IMG/VR virus record: IMGVR_UViG_3300025154_001556 | Source of the DNA: a virus | Taxonomy: Duplodnaviria > Caudoviricetes | DNA: 64,000 nucleotides | Strand: one strand, 5' to 3' | Shown here: positions 58,521-64,000 of the stretch, piece after piece | Layout of the letters: each line of letters starts with the position of its first letter | Numbering within the stretch: position 1 is the first letter of the stretch | Notes under the pieces: generated by a model | Told to the model about the DNA's origin: nothing | The model's database searches: none | Seen by the model: only the letters and a program-made list of their open reading frames with translations | Made by a program: the position numbers and the translations under genes

Positions 58521-58730
58521 ATGAGCGCGTTCTTTATTACAATGTCAGAAGCTCCTGATGGGGGCTTTCAACCGGTTAAAGCAATAATGCTGCCTAATGG
58601 GAGAAGCTGCGTTGTAAGTAGAAGTCCCGTTACCACTCACTGCCCTAAGTTTGCCGAAGATATAGCAGAAGCTTGGGCAAAAGAAGAAGGGTTAGTCTAT
58701 AAAAAGTGTAAGGAGGTATCACATGTTTAA
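58521..58730 (+). CDS. Hypothetical protein
   Basis: 69 aa; GGAGG RBS. Confidence 0.55.
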   Translation: MSAFFITMSEAPDGGFQPVKAIMLPNGRSCVVSRSPVTTHCPKFAEDIAEAWAKEEGLVYKKCKEVSHV

Positions 58731-58953
58731 ACTCGACTCTCAGAACATACTGATTGGTGCGGTGATTGTTGCCACTATTTGGTTTATTAACTACCTGATT
58801 GGTGCAATACTCATCATTGCGGCGGCTTGTGTAATTGGCTTGTTTGTATTCAATTGGGTAGGTGGTCTTTTCCGTAAAGACACAACGAGACCCAAAGATA
58901 AGGCAAAAAACCCAACAGATTTGTCGGGGGCATTTAAGGAGACTAAGCCATGA
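58723..58953 (+). CDS. Small membrane protein
   Basis: Two hydrophobic helices; AAGGAGG RBS. Confidence 0.65.
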   Translation: MFKLDSQNILIGAVIVATIWFINYLIGAILIIAAACVIGLFVFNWVGGLFRKDTTRPKDKAKNPTDLSGAFKETKP

Positions 58954-59153
58954 AGATAGTAAAAGTGCTTTGTGCGTGGTGTATTGCTGAGGGGTTGAGT
59001 GCTACTCCTTTGCGTGAAATAGAGGTACCAGATGATGTCAAGGGAGAGTCACATGGTATATGTGATTACCATGCTGAACAGCTGATGGCTGAATCTAACG
59101 CGCTGGCAGCTAACAACAACAAGAAGAAGAAGGAGGTGATGCCTATGTGCTAA
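58950..59153 (+). CDS. Small CxxC/CxxH protein
   Basis: CAWC...SHGICDYHA; AAGGAG RBS. Confidence 0.6.
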   Translation: MKIVKVLCAWCIAEGLSATPLREIEVPDDVKGESHGICDYHAEQLMAESNALAANNNKKKKEVMPMC

Positions 59154-59159
59154 GCGTTA

Positions 59160-59248
59160 GGGTTTAAGTGAAGGGCAAACTTGTCGTAAGGCAAGGACGC
59201 AAAACTATGGGCCCTCATTATGAGGGCCGCCAAGTTACCAAACAAACC
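59160..59248 (+). promoter_or_regulatory. c-di-GMP-I (GEMM) riboswitch-like aptamer
   Basis: AAGGGCAAAC-UUGUC-GUAA-GGCAAG-GACGCAAAAC-UAUGG-GCCCUCA-UUA-UGAGGGC-CGCC-AAGUUACC. It shows the GGCAAA junction, a GNRA-capped P2, GACGCAAA, a P3 hairpin and the 3' GUUACC, then an SD and ATG at 59268. Confidence 0.8.
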
Positions 59249-59267
59249 GAATTATAGGAGAATTACC

Positions 59268-60242
59268 ATGAAGAAATCAATCGTTATTTCCGCAATCATT
59301 TCTCTTATTTCTACTCTTTCTATTTCATCAGCACAGGGCGAGCTCATCGATGGGCGCTACACTGTTCTGGATACCACCACCAACTACGAGTGGATGAAAC
59401 ATCCCTTCGTATACACTAACTGGTATGATGGTAAGGAACAGTGTGAAGACCTCGTGCTGGATGGTCATGATGACTGGGTTATGCCTTGGCCTGCCCATAT
59501 GAAAACCATCAAAGGCGTTATCCAGTACTTGGCCTACAACTATATGTTTTATCATACCATCAGGGAGTATTCAGCTACGGCGGACTACTCATACAACATT
59601 GATACTGGTGTTATGGGTGTTGTGTCCAAATACAATCTTGGAAACGTTCGTTGTATGCGCGATGCTTCGGCTGATATGGCTGAGGTTATTACCAGCGTAA
59701 CTATCCAGAAAACCGGTTACTACACTATGGCCACTACTATGGCTAATGTAACTGGTATGGTATCGGCATTTGTTGATGGTGTTATGGTTGCTTCTTACAA
59801 TACCGATTATATCAGCGGCCCTGTTGGTATTGGCAGCCTCGTAGCCGGCCAGAATCTGGAAATCACAGTAAATGGTTCAAAAGCGGAGGGAATTGAGGAG
59901 TTGGACTGGCAGAGTTGGAATATGACCTTTTCTGCCGGCGACATTGAAATCTATGTCGAAGACCCGCCCATGCCCACGAGTGGCGTACAGACAATGGTGG
60001 TAGAGGAAGAGGAGCTTCCCCCACCAGCAATCGTTAATGTAAAAGTTAACAAAGCACAGATACTCAACAGTAAGAACAAGAGTACTCTGACGTTGGTATT
60101 GGACGTTCCTGCGCAGATTACCCTGGAAGACGGACCTACCGATTTTGTGGTTTTACTGTACACAAATGGTTCGGATACTGCTTACATGGGTAATACCGAA
60201 ATGAGCCATAAGGGTAAAGGGAATATCATTTCCAATAAGTAG
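59268..60242 (+). CDS. Secreted protein with DUF1566 (Lcl C-terminal)-like domain
   Basis: Signal peptide MKKSIVISAII...AQG; TVLDTTTNYEWMK, WYDGKEQCEDL.LDGHDDWVMP, VRCMR. True start after AGGAG at 59268. Confidence 0.75.
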   Translation: MKKSIVISAIISLISTLSISSAQGELIDGRYTVLDTTTNYEWMKHPFVYTNWYDGKEQCEDLVLDGHDDWVMPWPAHMKTIKGVIQYLAYNYMFYHTIREYSATADYSYNIDTGVMGVVSKYNLGNVRCMRDASADMAEVITSVTIQKTGYYTMATTMANVTGMVSAFVDGVMVASYNTDYISGPVGIGSLVAGQNLEITVNGSKAEGIEELDWQSWNMTFSAGDIEIYVEDPPMPTSGVQTMVVEEEELPPPAIVNVKVNKAQILNSKNKSTLTLVLDVPAQITLEDGPTDFVVLLYTNGSDTAYMGNTEMSHKGKGNIISNK

Positions 60243-60250
60243 TCTAATCA

Positions 60251-60274
60251 AGGGGCATCCTGCTGGGTGCCCCT
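60251..60274 (+). terminator. Hairpin after the DUF1566 gene
   Basis: AGGGGCATCC-TGCT-GGGTGCCCCT; weak U-tract. Confidence 0.5.
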
Positions 60275-60294
60275 ATACCCAACGAGGTAACGTT

Positions 60295-60696
60295 ATGACA
60301 GGACACTATCAACGCGGCATATATCACACGAATCGTGGATTTGTACATGTGTACAATATCGGCAATAAGTGGTTATACAAACGCATATCCTTATCCTGTT
60401 TCACTGATGTTGTAGAAGAATTGACACCGGATACTTGGAATGTTTGTTCCGAAGTTACAGATTTGAAAGTACTGGCCAATTTCACCCGGCCGTCAGATAA
60501 GAGCAACACGTTCCGTATCTGTGACGGAACCAACACTTGTCTAAGGGATTGTTCCGCAAAGAATATTCCAAATTCAAGCGTTTGGATGTCCACATCAGTA
60601 GTAAATGACCCATGCAGTTGTGTACACTCGGATCATATAGACGGAGAAAAACATGACTGTACATATACAACAGTATACGCCAGATTAAGGGTCTAA
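60295..60696 (+). CDS. Hypothetical protein
   Basis: 133 aa; GAGG RBS. N-terminal GHY..G.Y......V......KW.Y.R pattern is shared with the 62905 protein. Confidence 0.55.
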   Translation: MTGHYQRGIYHTNRGFVHVYNIGNKWLYKRISLSCFTDVVEELTPDTWNVCSEVTDLKVLANFTRPSDKSNTFRICDGTNTCLRDCSAKNIPNSSVWMSTSVVNDPCSCVHSDHIDGEKHDCTYTTVYARLRV

Positions 60697-60779
60697 CAAA
60701 TCTTCCTGCTCATCAGTAATAGATGAGCGGGGCTGAGTTGTTAAGCCCAACCATAATCCCTAAACTACGGAGGAGACCC

Positions 60780-60908
60780 ATGAAACCAAAGTGTGGCTGT
60801 AACAAAGAGAAGATGTGTGATAGATGTTATGTTGTGCTGATGCTGAAAGTAATTACGGCAATTGTCAGGCAACGTAAAAAGAATAACAATAATAACGAGT
60901 CTAAATAA
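60780..60908 (+). CDS. Small Cys-rich protein (42 aa)
   Basis: Start MKPKCGC after GGAGGAG. Confidence 0.5.
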   Translation: MKPKCGCNKEKMCDRCYVVLMLKVITAIVRQRKKNNNNNESK

Positions 60909-60932
60909 CCTATACACTTGTGGAGGTGTAAT

Positions 60933-61280
60933 ATGTTGGAAAATAAATGTAGCATTATCGAAAATGGTGTGTTGTGTGGCGAACCCGTGCTCACAGACGG
61001 TGCTTGTTATGACCACTGTGTTCCCTGTCTCATTTGTGGTGACCCCATCTCTAAACTTAGAGAGGGGCGTGTATGTGAATTGTGCGCACATATCTGTGAA
61101 GTGTGCGCATATATCTCAGTACAGCATATTAAAGTATATGTATGGCCTGACGGTACGTGGCTGTATGCGCATGAGTATAACGATGTTGAGGATGCCTGGC
61201 GGGGTGATGATTACGCCATCAAATACTTCTCTGGGGATTCTACGGACGAGGAAGTTAATGAGGCAGTATTGTCAAAGTAA
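60933..61280 (+). CDS. Cys-rich hypothetical protein
   Basis: Start MLENKC after GGAGG; several CxxC. Confidence 0.6.
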   Translation: MLENKCSIIENGVLCGEPVLTDGACYDHCVPCLICGDPISKLREGRVCELCAHICEVCAYISVQHIKVYVWPDGTWLYAHEYNDVEDAWRGDDYAIKYFSGDSTDEEVNEAVLSK

Positions 61281-61294
61281 ACACTTGTGGAGGT

Positions 61295-62248
61295 GTGCTT
61301 ATGGATATTTATGAAAGGATAACTACCAGGCTTGATGGCTTCTTCAAAAAGGGTATGAAGAGGCATTCCTTTGTTGACAAACAACAACATCAGTTGGCCA
61401 GAATCAACGCCTCAAAGATTTCAAGGGCGCTTAACTCGCTGCCGATGTACTTTGTTAACATCTACGATGAATTGGTAAGTCCTACATTTAGGGAACACGC
61501 TGCTAAAATATCCGAATACGTAAAGGAGAATAATATTAAAATTGATGAAGTATACGATGCATTTAGGGTCCCTTACAATGATTTTGTTCTTTGCGACGGC
61601 GTGGACCTTTATATCGTAAGTAGTCCCGCTAATCTTGTATTTAACATGTTGGTATTTACACCATATATTGGTGAAGAACAGCCTTATTTGGGCCTGTACA
61701 TTGAGGCCAATCTTAATACCGATATGTGGAAGGTAAAAGAAATGGTACTGTTAACCCATAACGCGTTACTTCCTAAAAAGGACATTTCGGCAGTAACATA
61801 TGATGATTTACGTAAAATGTGTGACAGACTCTGCGTCGAGAAGTTACCAGACCTGTTTCCTCGTGTGGGTCAGGTCATTCATAATTTCATAATTTGTTAT
61901 GTATTTAGTAAGTTTGAAGGCGAGTACACCGATGTTAAGAAGGTTACTCCTGGTGTTAAGCCTATTAGTAGTAGGCCTAATGTGTTCAGAGAAATAGATA
62001 TTAACCTCAACCATACAAAGTTTATTATGGACCGCAAGGCACAACGTAAGGGACACAAACTCACACATCAAAGTGATATGCCCAGAATGTTGAAGTACCT
62101 GCGGCATGAGCGGTATAGCCAGAAAGGTACACTGCCTGTACAGTATGATATTCAAGGCAAGCCCTACTACTACACTGTTGAGGTTGACCCGTTCACCAGA
62201 GGAAAAGAGCTGCCCAGGAAAGAAGACAGTATCAAATATAAACTGTAA
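61295..62248 (+). CDS. Hypothetical protein (317 aa)
   Basis: Long ORF with GGAGG RBS; no motif recognised. Confidence 0.7.
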   Translation: MLMDIYERITTRLDGFFKKGMKRHSFVDKQQHQLARINASKISRALNSLPMYFVNIYDELVSPTFREHAAKISEYVKENNIKIDEVYDAFRVPYNDFVLCDGVDLYIVSSPANLVFNMLVFTPYIGEEQPYLGLYIEANLNTDMWKVKEMVLLTHNALLPKKDISAVTYDDLRKMCDRLCVEKLPDLFPRVGQVIHNFIICYVFSKFEGEYTDVKKVTPGVKPISSRPNVFREIDINLNHTKFIMDRKAQRKGHKLTHQSDMPRMLKYLRHERYSQKGTLPVQYDIQGKPYYYTVEVDPFTRGKELPRKEDSIKYKL

Positions 62249-62259
62249 GGAGGTGTGTT

Positions 62260-62418
62260 ATGAAGATGAAGTATACAGTAGTAACTGGTAATACGCATGC
62301 TGATTTTATAATAGCGGTTAACGAGTTAATTGCCAAGGGTTGGGCCCTCCAAGGAGGAGTATCGATGTCAGATGCCCCTCCTTTTTATGCTCAAGCACTC
62401 GTGCTGATTGAAAAATAA
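62260..62418 (+). CDS. DUF1737-like small protein (52 aa)
   Basis: VNELIAKGWALQGGVS...FYAQAL; AAGGAGG RBS; not in the track. Confidence 0.7.
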   Translation: MKMKYTVVTGNTHADFIIAVNELIAKGWALQGGVSMSDAPPFYAQALVLIEK

Positions 62419-62439
62419 TACTCATAAGGAGGCATTACC

Positions 62440-62883
62440 ATGTCCTGGATTGAAGATGAAATTACACGGAGCAATAATAAGGGTATTGTAGATGCAATGA
62501 AAGACCGGACCGGCGCCATGAAAAGAGTAACTATTAAGAGCTGTATGGCTTGTTTGCTGGTGGCTATATTAAAATGTAACAACACATTGCCAGAGCAGCT
62601 GCGCCTCGCTTGCGTACAAGATATATTCGGTATAACATATCTACTGGACACAAGACGCCCTACTGTGTGTTATATCACATGTGAATCAGAATATATTATC
62701 GTAGCTAAATATGGTAGTTTCTATTATGACGCAGATACCAGAAGGTACGTCTACCAGTATCGTAATAGCCACAATAAATTATTCAACGTCGGAAGTTACG
62801 CAAAAGATGTTGACAAATTAGCAGCGTTAATTGTACGAGCACTTGTTACAAATGACTTTACAATCCTTCATGCTTCAAGTTAA
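62440..62883 (+). CDS. Hypothetical protein
   Basis: 147 aa; AAGGAGG RBS. Confidence 0.6.
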   Translation: MSWIEDEITRSNNKGIVDAMKDRTGAMKRVTIKSCMACLLVAILKCNNTLPEQLRLACVQDIFGITYLLDTRRPTVCYITCESEYIIVAKYGSFYYDADTRRYVYQYRNSHNKLFNVGSYAKDVDKLAALIVRALVTNDFTILHASS

Positions 62884-62904
62884 GGTTTTTAAAGGAGGGT
62901 AACC

Positions 62905-63153
62905 ATGGAAGGACACTACATGAATGGTATGTATTCTGGTCACTTAGGGAACATTCAGGTGGCTTTTGTCAGCGGCAAATGGATGTACAGAAGGGTGCGT
63001 CCCAAAACTGCCCCAGGTACGTACGCACAACTGACTGATTATATTTGGCAGAGATGCTGGCCCATCACAGACATCAAGTTGTTGAGAAAGCTGTATAGAA
63101 CAACGGATGTTCTCTACAAGGAGAAGAAGGCTCGGGAAGTAGCGTCTGCTTAA
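62905..63153 (+). CDS. Hypothetical protein
   Basis: 82 aa; AAGGAGG RBS. Confidence 0.6.
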   Translation: MEGHYMNGMYSGHLGNIQVAFVSGKWMYRRVRPKTAPGTYAQLTDYIWQRCWPITDIKLLRKLYRTTDVLYKEKKAREVASA

Positions 63154-63167
63154 TTTATTACACCACT

Positions 63168-63205
63168 GGGGAGAAGGCACTAGCTGCCTTTTCCCCCGTT
63201 TTTTT
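63168..63205 (+). terminator. Intrinsic terminator
   Basis: GGGGAGAAGGCA-CTAGC-TGCCTTTTCCCC followed by a T7 tract. Confidence 0.8.
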
Positions 63206-63582
63206 GAGGGGCTGTGTTACGAGAGTCACACCTCTCCTACCTACCCGAGGGTATAGGTAGTTAATCCAAAACTCTTATTAAACAGGTTCATATCAGGAGG
63301 TATGGACGCATGTCTGAAATGACAAAAGGTTGTTGGTATTAAGCTGTGGGTAGGTTTTGCCCTCACAAGAGGGCACGCCATTTGGCGCATAGAAAACACA
63401 CCCGCAGTAGCTTATTAAACTTAACCGGTTTACCATGGAGGCATAGTCCTTGTGGGAAACCCGAGACCTTGGAAGAAGTGACCAGGTTTGAAGAAGTCCA
63501 TGGTATGGGCCGGCCCCAAATTACAAGTGCCTTGGACTGGTCACAACATTCAACTCGTTGGCATAAAGGAGGTGATTACTAA

Positions 63583-63954
63583 ATGCCGTTTTATACTGCG
63601 CGTATAAATTACAGTGGTAATGATAGACTGGATATCACTGCCGCTGGACAGCATCCGATAGGTAAGATTTTTGCTCCTACTTGGGATATTGTCAAAATGT
63701 GGCAAAATGCGAAAAAAATTGCCGAAAAAACTGGTGACCGTTCTGTGTTGGACAAAGCAGAGGCTTGCTATAAGGTTCAATACAGAGAACAGATGATGAA
63801 CAGTTTACGCAACAATGCTGGTATGTGGATTAATATATTATCACAGCCGGTAGTAACAGTTGTGTGTTATTGCCCAAAAGGAACATTCTGTCATCGGTAT
63901 CAGTTAATGGACATTTTCACTGAGTTAGGCGCTATCTACATAGGCGAGCGCTAA
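63583..63954 (+). CDS. DUF488-like phage protein
   Basis: FAPTWDIV...Y...Y.E.M...W...L....VTVVCYC...FCHR; AAGGAGG RBS. Confidence 0.65.
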   Translation: MPFYTARINYSGNDRLDITAAGQHPIGKIFAPTWDIVKMWQNAKKIAEKTGDRSVLDKAEACYKVQYREQMMNSLRNNAGMWINILSQPVVTVVCYCPKGTFCHRYQLMDIFTELGAIYIGER

Positions 63955-64000
63955 CCAACTAACAACTTGGCCTGGTGGCGACGCAAGCCATCCCCTTGCA

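Noticed and set aside
59268-60242. Diversity-generating retroelement target
   Set aside because: DUF1566-type domains can be DGR targets, but I found no reverse transcriptase and no template/variable repeat pair differing at adenines in the window.
63968-64000. tRNA or second GEMM riboswitch at the right edge (GGTGGCGACGCAAGCCATCC)
   Set aside because: Only a short hairpin is visible; it lacks GGCAAA/GNRA P2 and tRNA arms and is truncated by the window.

Overview
This window is part of a large tailed dsDNA bacteriophage (Caudoviricetes-type) genome in the standard genetic code. Positions 1-54.7 kb are an AT-rich, minus-strand block. In transcription order it holds: three paralogous accessory virion proteins; a signalling cluster (REC-HD-GYP phosphodiesterase, membrane REC protein, degenerate RelA/SpoT-type hydrolase, PIN-PhoH); an HTH replication-initiator-like gene; clpP, a coiled-coil gene, an actin-like ATPase and a lysozyme; a cold-shock gene split by a group I intron; nucleotide-metabolism genes; terminase, portal, protease, scaffold and capsid genes; accessory structural genes; neck and tail genes; and a giant tape-measure-position ORF running off the left edge. 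A repeat-rich non-coding junction (about 54.7-55.5 kb) is followed by a more GC-rich plus-strand block of small, early-type genes. The four strongest observations, three of which the ORF track misses: (1) a 263-nt ORF-less group I intron in the csp gene; (2) a c-di-GMP-I (GEMM)-like riboswitch ahead of a secreted protein, in a genome that also encodes an intact HD-GYP c-di-GMP phosphodiesterase; (3) multisubunit RNA polymerase beta-like motifs inside the tape-measure-position protein, alongside a recurrent intergenic TAACC motif that may be a phage promoter; (4) a volactin-like actin with a coiled-coil neighbour and ClpP. All family assignments come from motif recognition by eye; no searches were run. 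The host is probably Gram-negative, possibly Desulfobacterota-like (inference only).
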